64,000 nucleotides of DNA from an uncultured Gemmatimonadales bacterium (GTDB lineage: Bacteria > Gemmatimonadota > Gemmatimonadetes > Gemmatimonadales > GWC2-71-9): assembly GCA_963842945.1 (NCBI GenBank), contig CAWJIM010000024.1, positions 192,001 to 256,000 on the forward strand, in the 5' to 3' direction. Shown piece after piece: positions 1-10,278 of the stretch. The notes below the pieces were generated by a model. The model made no database searches and had not been told where the DNA came from. It saw only the letters and a program-made list of their open reading frames with translations. Position 1 is the first letter of the stretch. Every line of letters begins with the position of its first letter. The translations under genes and the position numbers were made by a program.

Positions 1-75
1 GGAACGGAAGAAGGCTCGACGCTCACTCATGAATGCAAGGTCGGATGGGGTCCGGCCCAAGTCAAGCGAGTCTCG

Positions 76-480
76 CTATGGCTTCAAGTCCAGGCGGTAG
101 GAGGCCGGATCTCGCGCGACATACGTGGCGCGAGCAGCCACCTGGTTCACGCTGGCCGAGTACTGCGAGGCAAGCCGCTCGTCGGCAATGTGAAGCTGCG
201 CCACGTTCCCGGAGCTCAGATCGCCGGTCAAGATCACCTGCAGCGTCGTGGCGTCCGGCCGGCTGGTGTAGATGGTGTACCCGGCTGCATCCACCGAGTC
301 CACCCGTCCGCCCGTGACAGTGAAGAGCAAGCCGCCGTCGTCATTGAACGGAGTGGACAGAGAGACTTGAAGCGTCGCCGCGACCGGACCGGAGGGCTGT
401 CCCGAACAGCCGCTGAGCATGGCCAGTGCGGCGGCCACCACGACAACCCAGTCCAGAGAGGGTATCGAGGCTCTGTTCAC
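76..480 (-). CDS. small putative lipoprotein, beta-rich
   Basis: GTG at 480 overlapping an out-of-frame TGA (GTGA); hydrophobic stretch then lipobox-like LSGC; C-terminal part of ORF 76..879. Confidence 0.55.
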   Translation of the reverse strand: MNRASIPSLDWVVVVAAALAMLSGCSGQPSGPVAATLQVSLSTPFNDDGGLLFTVTGGRVDSVDAAGYTIYTSRPDATTLQVILTGDLSSGNVAQLHIADERLASQYSASVNQVAARATYVARDPASYRLDLKP

Positions 481-2738
481 CGGTTGGTGCTCCCCGCTAT
501 CTCCACGGACGGTGCCGACGACTGGGGAGCGATCCTCAGCCGCCAGAAAATCTCCCAGGTCGTACACTCCGTTTCGGTTCCCCGCAGCATCGAGAAATGC
601 CGCCTCCTCCGGCCGCAGGTTCGCCGTGCCGAAGAGCGCGTCGGCGGCTCCGGTCAGCTGGACCTCCTGAACGGCGATGAAGTTCGCGGTGAGGTCGAAG
701 GGGTGCCGCATGATCAGCGTCAGGGTGTCACTCGCCGCGGTGGTGTCGCCGCTCCAGCCCAGAAACACGGCCCCCGGTTGCGGAGTTCGCCCGGAGTGAC
801 GCCTGCGAGCCCTCGGCCAGAAATACTCCGGTGCTGATATCTCCCCCGACCGGGGAGGTGATCGCGGCTCCGGTTGCACCCAGTACGCTGGTGCGCAGGC
901 GATGAGCCGCTGCCACCTGAGCCACTACCGTGTCCGGCTCTTCCCCGATGGTGATGCTGTGGGTCCGCGCCCCTCCGTCACTCCAGGCCAGAAAATCGAA
1001 CTTGGTTCGGCCAGACTCATCGAGCTGGGTGGAGTCGACCGCGAGCTCGACCGTGCTTCCGGAACTGAAGAACTGGTCGATCCGCGACACCGCGGTGCCG
1101 TTGACTCGAATCTGGGCAGGAGGATGATCGGCAGCGAACACCGAGCGGTAAGCGATGTATCGGAACGCCATGCTTCCGCCCGGAGTGACCTGGGCAATAT
1201 GGTCGAGACAGAAGTGAGCGAAGACACCGTGGTTGTCGGTGACCGCGGGTCGGGTCGTGCGGCAGAGCGGATGTGTTCCCGGCCGAGCCGGGATAGCTAT
1301 CGCCGTTGTCTCCCCGATTCCCGCGACCGGCAAGCCCGAGATCGTTGCGGCCGTCGGCCTGCACCAGAGCCACACCATGCGTTGGCCCCGCGTTGACCCG
1401 GTTGTCCTGGTCGAACCCATGCTGGTCGATCTGGCCCTGATCGATATGCCAGACCAGCAATCCGGGCGACTTCTGGCGCAGCCCAAAGGCGGAGTTCATC
1501 TGCGCGGTATCGCTCTCCTGGGCCTGCCGGTTCTCCAGAAGGTAGAACTCATCGGTGCCGGGCACCGGGAAGTACAGGACGGTGTCGGAGCTCGCTACCG
1601 GTCCCAGCACCATGTCCCGGCCGGAAGCCAGCGTATCAACGGCAGACCCAGCCCATCTCGAACAGTGACCAGGCCTCGTACCGCGATGGGCTGTAGGGGC
1701 GAGCATAATTGCCGCTGCCCATCAGCCCCCACTCCCCGATTCCCTGGGTGGCGAGTGAGCTGTTCAGCTCGGTGTCGTACAGATCGGGCAGGCCGAAGGT
1801 GTGCCCGGTCTCGTGGGCTACCGTCCCGATTGGCATGGGTGCCAGCACGTCGCAGGCGGTGGTGCCTCCGAGCGCGCTCTGCATGATGTAGTCGTCAACC
1901 TTGAGAAACTCGCCCGGGTGGCCGGTCCACGGTGTGCGCGTGACATAAGGAGAGCCTCCGTTCCACGCCCGAATGATGAAACGGTGAGCCCAGATATGGG
2001 GAGAGCCGGGACAGGCTCCGTCCTGATCCGCTTGCAGGAAGGTGACGAAATCGACGAAGCCGTCGTCATCACCCGAGTTGGGCTGGCCGTCGGGTCCATC
2101 GTTATCGAACTGGCCCCACATGTTCGCGGTGCCGGTGGGGAGGGACACCTTGTCCAGCGCGCCGATCAGCAGTTCGCCATTCGGCTGACGGCTCGCGACG
2201 GACAGGGCGCGAGCACACCGATCCCGTTGCAGCCATCTTCATAGTACGTGTCCGTCGTGTCCGATATCACCCAGGGAAACACTCGGCCTTCCACGGTGAG
2301 GTTGCCGTTGGAGAGCTGTTCGTAGAAGGACTTGAGGCTGTAGGGACTGCCCGGGCGGAAGGGAGCTGAAGAACAGCTCCTCATACCGACTCGTTGGATA
2401 GGGCGCCGGTACGTTCTTGAAGGCAATCGGAATGACCGGGATGATGATCCGGCCACTGACTCGGGCGGCACCAAAGGCAGATGGGCGCGGCGAGATTCAG
2501 GGCGGCGATGGAGCCGGCGCGAAGCGAGCCGGTGACGGGCCGTACGGACAGCCGTCACCCGCTTCCGCCAGGCGCCATCCCGGCGAAAGTCAAAGCCGCG
2601 AACTTCGAACTGACCTCTCTGAGCACGAGGGAATTGCGCCTGAAGGGGACCCGGGGCGAGCAGCACCATCGCGCACGCCGCCGTCACCCAGCGAGACACA
2701 CCGAGCAACAAGCTGCACCTGTGGTTGGGACCGGGCAA
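477..2738 (-). CDS. M6 family (immune inhibitor A-like) secreted metalloprotease, split by several frameshifts
   Basis: Signal peptide (ORF 2166..2738); FDNDGPDG..DDDGFVD and AHETGHTFGLPDLY zinc motif (ORF 1636..2148); EFYLLENRQ/GLLVWHID (ORF 1017..1706). Confidence 0.8.
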
Positions 2739-2905
2739 AAGTAACCTGGTGTACCGCCCGGATCACAGGCGCGCGCCTCCGTTGCGCGGCTGCGAACCGC
2801 CCTGATCGGGGCGGCTTGTGCCGTCCCCCCCGGCAGCACTAGTTTAAGCCTTTCCTGGACATAGTGATGTGGGGATTACTCGACCTCCACTTGTGCCGAG
2901 GTACT

Positions 2906-4113
2906 GTGGATACACAAGAACTTCAGCAGGTCGCGCTATTCGAGAAATGCCGTCAATTCACGAAAGCGCGTGAATTGCAGGCCGTCGGGCTGTATCCGTA
3001 CTTCAATCCGATTTCCGAATCGGAGGACACCGTCGTGGTTATTGACGGTCAGAAGCGGATCATGCTCGGGTCGAACAACTACCTCGGCCTTACCCACCAT
3101 CCCGAAGGTCCTCGAGGCCGCTTCCCGCGCGCTCAGTCGCTACGGCTCAGGGTGCACCGGCAGCCGTTTCCTCAACGGAACTCTCGATCTCCACGAGCAG
3201 CTGGAGGGCGCCCTGGCCGAGTTCTTCGGCAAGGAAGCCTGCCTGGTCTTCTCGACCGGATACTCCGCCAATCTCGGTCTGATCTCCGGACTGGTGGGAC
3301 GGGGTGACGTGGTCTATCTCGACAAGCTGGACCATGCCTCGATCGTGGACGGTGCCAAGCTCTCCTACGGAGAGACCGAGCGATTCAATCACGGCGATCT
3401 GGCCAACCTCGAGCGCCGGATGGAGCGGAACGGCACCGGACGCGGCGCCATGATCATCGTGGACGGCGTGTACTCCATGGAGGGCAACATCGCCGACGTT
3501 CCGGGGCTCTCGCGGATAGCGCGGAAGCATGGTGCCGCGCTGGCGCTGGACGATGCCCACGCGCTCGGCGTGCTCGGCCCCAACGGCGACGGCACCGCGG
3601 CGCACTTCGGGATGACCGAGGACGTGGATATCATCGCGGGGACGTTCTCCAAGTCACTGGCCTCGATCGGCGGCTTCGTCGCCGCCTCGGACAACGTCAT
3701 GCATTATCTCCGCCATCACAGCCGGCCGCTGATCTTCACCGCCTCGCTTCCCCCGGCCAATACCGCCGGTGTGCTGGCCGCCCTCGAGGTGCTCCAGCGG
3801 GAGCCCGAGCGGCGCGATCGGCTGTGGGCCAACACCCGGCGGCTGCAGGACGGGTTCCGGGAGCTCGGCTTCGACATCGGCCCCACCGAAACGCCGATCG
3901 TTCCGGTTCTCATCGGTCCGCTGGAGAGAGACCTTCCTCATGTGGCGCCGGCTGTTTGATGCGGGCGTGTTTACCAATCCGGTCGCGCCTCCCGCAGTAC
4001 CGCCGTCCCAGTGCCGGCTGCGTACCAGTCTCATGGCAACCCACACCTTCGAGCAGATCGACTTTGCCCTGGAGCAGTTCGCGGTGATCGGCAGGGACCT
4101 GGGGGTCATTTGA
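2906..4113 (+). CDS. spt: alpha-oxoamine synthase, probable serine palmitoyltransferase (2 frameshifts)
   Basis: [33 protein letters not shown] and GTFSKS PLP-lysine motifs; GTG at 2906 after GAGGT; operon context. Confidence 0.75.
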
Positions 4114-5246
4114 CCGATCGCCTTCGCGTCCAAGCGGCGCGCGAAGGGCGGGATCTTCATCACTTCATCGATCTGCCATACCGACTGCACGCGCGGGACC
4201 CTCTCTGGGTCCCGCCTTTGCGTCGGGACGTCGCGACGCTCCTCTCCCGCACCAAGAATCCCTTCTTCGAGCACGCCGAAGCCGAGTACTTCATCGCGCT
4301 GCGGGGTAATGAGGTGGTGGGCCGTATTGCGGCCATCAGTAACCGTCTGCACAACGAGACCCATGGCGACCGGGTGGGCTTCTTCGGCTTCTTCGAGTGC
4401 ATCGATGATCAGGATGTCGCCAACGCACTCCTGAGCACTGCCGCGGACTGGTGCCGCGCAAGAGGCCATGACGTGATTCGAGGGCCTGCGTCGTTCTCGG
4501 TGAACGATGAGTGCGGTCTTCTGGTGGACGGGTTCGAGACCCCGCCTACCCTGATGATGCCCCACAACCCCCGCTATTACATCCGGCTGCTGGAACAGGC
4601 CGGCTTCGCCAAGGCGAAGGACCTGTGGGTATACCAGGGCGGAAGCATGGAGAGCTACGTGCCGGTACCGGAGCGGCTGACCCGGGCCACGGAGCTGATC
4701 CGGCAGCGGCACGGCATTACGCTGCGGCCACTGAACATGAAGGACTTCAAAGGCGAGGTGGAGCGGATCAAGGAGCTGTACAACGCCGCGTGGGAAAAGA
4801 ACTGGGGCTTCGTACCCATGACCGACCACGAGATCGACCACCTCGCCGAGCAGTTCAAGCCGGTGGTGATCCCGGAGCTGGTGCCGATGGCCGAGAAGGA
4901 TGGCAAGCTCATTGGTTTCGGAATCGCGCTTCCCGATCTCAACGTGGTCTTCCGCAACAACCGCTCGGGCCGGCTGTTCCCGATAATCTTTCGGCTGCTC
5001 TGGGCCCTCAAGATGAAGCGGATCCGGCGGGCGCGAATTCTCCTCCTCGGCGTGGCCCCGGCCCATCAGGGCAAGGGAATCGATGCGGTGCTGTACCATT
5101 GGATCTGGACCAAATCAGGAGAGCGGGGGATCTACTGGGGCGAAGCCGGCTGGATCCTGGAAGACAATCCGGCCATGAACGCCGGGTTGGAAAAGATGAC
5201 ATTCAGGGTTTACAAGACGTACCGGCTCTACGACCGCCGGCTATGA
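4110..5246 (+). CDS. GNAT-fold protein of the bacterial ceramide synthase (bCerS/YghO-like) family
   Basis: FIDLPYRL..DPLWVPPL, KNPFF, VGRIAA, GFFGFFE, MMPHNPRYY, WGFVP, WILEDN motifs; TTG overlaps the spt stop. Confidence 0.75.
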   Translation: MTDRLRVQAAREGRDLHHFIDLPYRLHARDPLWVPPLRRDVATLLSRTKNPFFEHAEAEYFIALRGNEVVGRIAAISNRLHNETHGDRVGFFGFFECIDDQDVANALLSTAADWCRARGHDVIRGPASFSVNDECGLLVDGFETPPTLMMPHNPRYYIRLLEQAGFAKAKDLWVYQGGSMESYVPVPERLTRATELIRQRHGITLRPLNMKDFKGEVERIKELYNAAWEKNWGFVPMTDHEIDHLAEQFKPVVIPELVPMAEKDGKLIGFGIALPDLNVVFRNNRSGRLFPIIFRLLWALKMKRIRRARILLLGVAPAHQGKGIDAVLYHWIWTKSGERGIYWGEAGWILEDNPAMNAGLEKMTFRVYKTYRLYDRRL

Positions 5247-6205
5247 GAGCGCTGGTTACCGGCGCCACCGGCTTCGTAGGGAGTCATCTGGTGGATGCCC
5301 TGCAGCGGCGTGGGGCAACAGTGACCGCTCTGGCCCGGTCTCCCGAAAAGGCGGCAGCCCTCGCCTCGCAGGGCGTTCGCGTCGCCGCCGGGCACCTCCA
5401 CGATGAGGCCGCCCTGGTTCAAGCCGCACGAGACCAGGATGTGGTGTATCATGTCGCCGGCATCGTGGCGGCCCGGAACGAGGCGGAGTTCCTCCGGGGC
5501 AATCGGGATGGCACCAGGCACATCGTTGCGGCCGCCGAATCGGCCGGGGCTCAGCGCTTCGTCTTCGTCTCGTCGCTGGCCGCGGGCGGCCCCTCGCCCC
5601 GCGGGTTGGCCCTGGACGGGAGCGAGCCTCCTCGGCCGGTGACCGCCTATGGCCGGAGCAAGTTGGCCAGCGAAGAGATTGTCCGATCCAGCCGGCTACA
5701 TTGGTCGATTGTCCGGCCTCCCATGGTCTACGGGCCAAGGGACCGAGAGGTGCTCAAGGTATTCCGCCTGGTGCGATATGGGATCGCTCCACTCTTCGGC
5801 GACGGAAGCCAGGAGCTCTCCGCGGTTCATGCCGCCGATCTTGCCAACGCCCTGGTTCTGGCTGCTGAGGCTCCGAAGGGCCGAACCTACGTGGCCTGCC
5901 ACCCCGAGGTTTTCACCAGCGCGGAGTTTGCTCGCGTGATCGCTCGCACCATGGAGCGATCGGTTACAACGCTGAGAGTCCCCCGGGTACTCGGGCGGGC
6001 GCTTCTCTCCGTTACCGAGGCATCGGCGCGGCTCACCGGCCAAACCACCATCCTGACGGCCGACAAGGCCAATGAGTTCTTTCAGGCGGCGTGGACCGGA
6101 AACCCAACACCGTTGATCAGCGACACTGGTTGGCAGCCGACGTATAACCTTCAGGCCGGCCTGGCCGACACCTACCGCTGGTATCGAAAGGCAGGATGGC
6201 TTTAG
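5243..6205 (+). CDS. NAD-dependent epimerase/dehydratase (candidate CerR-like ceramide reductase)
   Basis: VTGATGFVG Rossmann motif, YGRSK catalytic motif; ATGA overlap with the upstream gene. Confidence 0.8.
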   Translation: MRALVTGATGFVGSHLVDALQRRGATVTALARSPEKAAALASQGVRVAAGHLHDEAALVQAARDQDVVYHVAGIVAARNEAEFLRGNRDGTRHIVAAAESAGAQRFVFVSSLAAGGPSPRGLALDGSEPPRPVTAYGRSKLASEEIVRSSRLHWSIVRPPMVYGPRDREVLKVFRLVRYGIAPLFGDGSQELSAVHAADLANALVLAAEAPKGRTYVACHPEVFTSAEFARVIARTMERSVTTLRVPRVLGRALLSVTEASARLTGQTTILTADKANEFFQAAWTGNPTPLISDTGWQPTYNLQAGLADTYRWYRKAGWL

Positions 6206-7083
6206 CTCCACCGATGACTGCAGCCGAGACGGTCCTTTCCCCCACCTCATTGCGAGCCATAGACTGGTTGCTGCTGGCGTACCTGGGGATCGTTTCAGTT
6301 GTCGCCGGTCTTCGCGCATCGACCCAGCCCGAATGCTGGTGGCTCCTGGTGGCGCACGTCCTGTTTGTCGTGTTCCTGGTCTTCCTGACCCGGCCGGGAC
6401 AGGGCGTTGTCGGGAGGAGCTTTCGCGAGTTGTACCCGCTGTTTCTGCTTCCGGCGCTATACAGCGAGCTCGGCATTCTCAACGCTCCTTCAGTTCTGGT
6501 GCATGATCGGCTGGTGCAGCACTGGGAGCTACTGGTCTTCGGAATGCAGGTGAGCCGGGAGTGGTGGCAACGCGCACCCAGCCGCTTCTGGTCAGCTGTG
6601 CTGCACACTGCCTACCTGTCTTACTACGTCATCATCGCTGCTCCGGCTCTGTACTTCGCCTGGAAGGGAGATCTCCCGGCGGTCCGCCGATTCGTGCTGG
6701 TGGTGATGACCACCTTTGTGCTCTGCTATCTGATCTTCATCTTCTTTCCTGTCGCAGGGCCTTACTACATGTTCCCCCGCCCTGCCGCCTGGTTCACCGA
6801 CAATCCACCGGCTCGGCTGGTCTATGACGCCCTGGCCAAGGGGAGCTCCTATGGGGCGGCGTTTCCCTCGTCTCATGTGGCGGCTTCCCTGGCGGCGACA
6901 CTCTCCGCCGGGCGCACCTCACGGAAACTCGGGTGGCTGCTCGCGGTGCCTACGCTGCTGCTGACCGTTGGAGTGGTCTACTGCCAGATGCATTACGGAG
7001 TAGATGCCCTGGCGGGTCTGGTGATGGGCGCCGTTATAACCGGAGCCGTCCTCCATAAAGCAGCGACCCTCCGGTTCCAATGA
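6196..7083 (+). CDS. PAP2 superfamily membrane protein (PAP2_3 / IPC-synthase-like)
   Basis: Multiple TM segments; FPVAGP, AAFPSSH and HYGVD motifs. Confidence 0.75.
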   Translation: MALAPPMTAAETVLSPTSLRAIDWLLLAYLGIVSVVAGLRASTQPECWWLLVAHVLFVVFLVFLTRPGQGVVGRSFRELYPLFLLPALYSELGILNAPSVLVHDRLVQHWELLVFGMQVSREWWQRAPSRFWSAVLHTAYLSYYVIIAAPALYFAWKGDLPAVRRFVLVVMTTFVLCYLIFIFFPVAGPYYMFPRPAAWFTDNPPARLVYDALAKGSSYGAAFPSSHVAASLAATLSAGRTSRKLGWLLAVPTLLLTVGVVYCQMHYGVDALAGLVMGAVITGAVLHKAATLRFQ

Positions 7084-7097
7084 ACCAGAGGGTCGCT
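7062..7097. terminator. hairpin between convergent genes, probable bidirectional terminator
   Basis: AGCGACCCTCCGGTTC-caat-GAACCAGAGGGTCGCT. Confidence 0.6.
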
Positions 7098-7124
7098 TAC
7101 GCCCTTCCGGGCCGCTGACAGTCC

Positions 7125-7634
7125 TTACTGAACGGTCAGCTTGGCCTTCATGCCCAAGGCAAGATGGGGCAGGCAGTAGAACTTGTACTCGCCCTTGGGT
7201 GCACCGGCAAAGTTGATTTCATACACCGCATCCACCTCGGTCTCGAGCGGACTCTGCAGGGGGGCCATCTGATTGGGCATGTTCTTCGTCAGGACGGCCG
7301 AAGCTCCGCTGGGAATGCTGTCGGGCCAAAAGGAAACGTTATGGGGCCCGCCGCTCTTGTTGTGGAACCGAACGACGTCGCCCGCCTTGATCGTCAGTGT
7401 TGCTGGATCGAACTTGTACGACGATCCCTCGAGCACCATGTTGACGTCGTGGGTCTTTCCGGTGCCGGCCGGAGCATTGGCTGCCGGGGCATTGGCTGCC
7501 GGCGCCGCCGAGCTGTCCGCCGGAGCAGACTGCTGCTCGGGAGCCGCCGTCGCCCCCTGATCTTCGGTCTTCTTTTCGCCGCCGCAGGCCGCCAAGACCA
7601 AAGTCAGCCCCGCCACCATCGAAGTAATCCGCAT
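7125..7634 (-). CDS. plastocyanin/azurin-family blue copper lipoprotein
   Basis: Lipobox LAAC, Ala/Pro linker, PHNV and YCLPHLALGM type-1 Cu ligands. Confidence 0.85.
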   Translation of the reverse strand: MRITSMVAGLTLVLAACGGEKKTEDQGATAAPEQQSAPADSSAAPAANAPAANAPAGTGKTHDVNMVLEGSSYKFDPATLTIKAGDVVRFHNKSGGPHNVSFWPDSIPSGASAVLTKNMPNQMAPLQSPLETEVDAVYEINFAGAPKGEYKFYCLPHLALGMKAKLTVQ

Positions 7635-7736
7635 GTTGCCGCTCCGCCTCCAGAACATTGAGTAAATCGACTTTGTGAACCCATTCACTATAAGCGGGGG
7701 CGGTGCAAACGGAAGTGGGTCAGGATAGCTTTTTGC

Positions 7737-8534
7737 ATGCCTCCCGCTCTCCCAACCCTGCAACACCGCCGCTCCGGCGCCCCCCCTCCTTGCCGGAGCC
7801 TCGGCTCCCAGTGCCGGGGAATCCCGGTCACCCTGCGGGTCGGTGCGCTGGAAGAGGGAAACCGGTCGCTCGATCATGAAGCCACCTGGCTGATCGGGCA
7901 CACCCAGCGCATCAGCTTTTACGACCTGTGGGAGGACGAAGGGGAGTTGTACGTCGACGCGATGCTCCACGTTCCCTGCCGCTACCTCCAAGCCGCCGGC
8001 AATAGCGCTCGCTGCGCGGCGCACGGCTTTGCCGGCCCGAACCCACGAGGGCCCCACAAGCCGAGCCAGCCTCGCCAGCTGGGCGGCGACGGGTTCGTGG
8101 TGGTGGAGAACCGTCGGGAGACGGCTCGCCGCCTGTCTGCCCCGCCCCGGCGGCTACCGGTGCTCACCAGCGGTAACCCCTGCGCTCTGGCCGCCTGCCG
8201 GACGGCAGACAACCTGCGGGGGGCGGCCTGCTGCCGGGACCTCCAGATCGAGATCATGTGCACCAAACGGCAGCACAAACTGGAGGCCCTGGTGCGGTCG
8301 CGCCGGTCGCCGTATCTCTGCAAGGTGGAACGTGCGGGCGACTACTCGATCGAGGCGGAGATGATCTCGGCCTGCGGGTATCTGGACGACGATGGAATCG
8401 GCTGTACCCTGCACGACCGCCGTCGAGCGGACGGCCGCCCGGCCAAGCCCGACCTGTGCAGCGAGTGGCCCCCGAAGAAACACACGCTGCACCCGGGCTG
8501 TGTTTTTGCCCGCCGCGGTATGCGCCCGGCATGA
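7737..8534 (+). CDS. cysteine-rich protein, YkgJ/CxxCxxCC-like
   Basis: GAACCRD, ACGYLDDDGIGCTLH, KPDLCSEWP; a second PCRYL..ARCAAH unit in the N-terminal half. Confidence 0.55.
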   Translation: MPPALPTLQHRRSGAPPPCRSLGSQCRGIPVTLRVGALEEGNRSLDHEATWLIGHTQRISFYDLWEDEGELYVDAMLHVPCRYLQAAGNSARCAAHGFAGPNPRGPHKPSQPRQLGGDGFVVVENRRETARRLSAPPRRLPVLTSGNPCALAACRTADNLRGAACCRDLQIEIMCTKRQHKLEALVRSRRSPYLCKVERAGDYSIEAEMISACGYLDDDGIGCTLHDRRRADGRPAKPDLCSEWPPKKHTLHPGCVFARRGMRPA

Positions 8535-8570
8535 CGATGTTGTGCAATTTCCCTCAAGTCGGCCGTCCTC

Positions 8571-9137
8571 ATGGGCGACCCGGCGGAAGTAGCCCGGCCC
8601 GGTGTCCCTGGAGCGCCAGTCATGGATGAGCTCGAGCAGCTGTACCAGACCACCTACACGGCGGTGGTGCGCTTCCTTTACCGAAAGGTGTGGGACGCGG
8701 AGCGAGCCGAGGATCTGGCACAGGAAGTGTTCGTGCGTGCGCTGGCTCACCGACCGGAGAAGCCTCGCGCATGGGTGTTTGCGGTGGCGGCCAACCTGGC
8801 CCGGGACGAGGCTCGGGCGGCCGTGCGGAGAAAGCGGCACCTGACACTGCTCAAGGCCGATCCGGTCGCCCAACCCACGATAGAGCCGGCGGCAGATACG
8901 ATGGTCGAGCATGACGAGAGGATGGCTGCGGTACAGGAGGCACTCAGCACCCTGACCCCGAGGGATCGGGAGATCCTGCTGCTGTGGGACGCGGGGCTCA
9001 GTTACCCGGAGATCGCGGGGCAGACGGGGCTGGCTCTAGGCGCGGTGGGCACAACACTGGCTCGGGCGCGGCGGCGTCTGGTGGAAGCACATGACCGGCA
9101 GCATGCAACCAAAGGCGGCCATGCGGCACATTCCTGA
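8571..9137 (+). CDS. ECF RNA polymerase sigma factor
   Basis: AEDLAQEVF, WVFAVAANLARD (region 2); GLSYPEIA..GTTLARARRRL (region 4); start may be 8622. Confidence 0.9.
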   Translation: MGDPAEVARPGVPGAPVMDELEQLYQTTYTAVVRFLYRKVWDAERAEDLAQEVFVRALAHRPEKPRAWVFAVAANLARDEARAAVRRKRHLTLLKADPVAQPTIEPAADTMVEHDERMAAVQEALSTLTPRDREILLLWDAGLSYPEIAGQTGLALGAVGTTLARARRRLVEAHDRQHATKGGHAAHS

Positions 9138-10138
9138 GGACGAGCTCCACGCCTATCTGGACCAGGGGCTCAGTCGTTCCCAGTGTGTGGAAATCGAAAG
9201 CCACCTGGCCGCTTGCCCCGCCTGCCAGGCAGAGCGCGACAGCATTGCCGCCCTCCGCGACCGCACCACCGCCTTGCTGGCCAAGCTGGCGCCACCCCGG
9301 GGCTTCCCCCCCGCGTTCGAGACCCTGCAGCGCCGGGCCCAGGCCCAAGCCTCCGCGCACCGCCGGCGGATGCAGATCGGCGCCTGGGCGGCAAGCCTGG
9401 TAGTTGCCGTTGGGCTCGGCTGGACCGCGAACTATTTGACTATGAAGCCTCAAACTCCGGTCCCAGTTTCTATTCCTGCCAGCAGCCCCTCCGTCGCTTC
9501 CGTACCCCGAACTCCTCTCCCCAGCACCCCCGTCGCCACCCGCGCTGTCCTCCGTCAGACTCGCAAGAGCCCGCTACGCTCGGGTGAGGCGGCCCAGGGG
9601 CGTCCGACGGCAAAGCCGGTGAGCCCGGTCGCGGTGGTCGAGTCGCTCCCGCCGGTGGTGCCGGCACCCACGCTGGAGCTGACCTCGGTCGACATCCCGC
9701 GGTCGCGAGCCCGAGCTGGATGGCATGTGGCGCACGCTGTCCTGGGATGGCGCCCAGGCCGAAGCCGGTGACCAGGTCCCCCACATCGACGGCCTGCCGG
9801 TGGTGCAGGTGCAGCTCCAGGCCGTGGAGCAGGGCAAGCAGCCGCTGATGGTGGTGGCTCAGCAGCTGTCCTCCGGAGAAGTCATTCGCACGATCGAAGG
9901 CCCCATGAGCGATGTGTCCCACCTGCTGGCGGGCCACAGCATATCCAACCCCGACTCGACGGCCCGATCGGTGATCGCCGGAGCGGACTCAAGCCGGCCC
10001 GCGCTGGGGCCAGATCACACCGACCGCACCATGGCCATGCAGCGGGGCGACCGCATGCTGGTGATCACGGGGGCGCTCCCGTCGGACAGCCTGCTGGCGA
10101 TGATTCGGAGGTTGAACGCGGAGATGCGTAGTAAATAA
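9121..10138 (+). CDS. zinc-binding (zf-HC2/ZAS) anti-sigma factor, frameshift near 9715
   Basis: HLAACPAC motif, one TM helix, Pro-rich linker; continues in ORF 9725..10138. Confidence 0.75.
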
Positions 10139-10142
10139 GAAA

Positions 10143-10278
10143 GCGTGAGCGGGAACAAGAACAGCGTGAGCGGTAAGCGGGAATTCCTCAAACAAAGACC
10201 CTCCGGTGTCAATGACGCCGGAGGGTCGCTATTGCGATCCCGCTCACCGCTCACGTTGGTCTTCCCGCTCACGCTGTT
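10143..10278. repeat. inverted GCGTGAGCGG(G) arrays around a hairpin
   Basis: Forward copies 10143-10181, hairpin GACCCTCCGG..CCGGAGGGTC 10197-10227, reverse CCGCTCAC copies 10239-10276. Confidence 0.8.

Noticed and set aside
2906..4113. bioF or kbl
   Set aside because: The GTFSKS motif and GNAT/reductase/PAP2 context favour Spt; no bio or tdh genes are adjacent. Not formally excluded.
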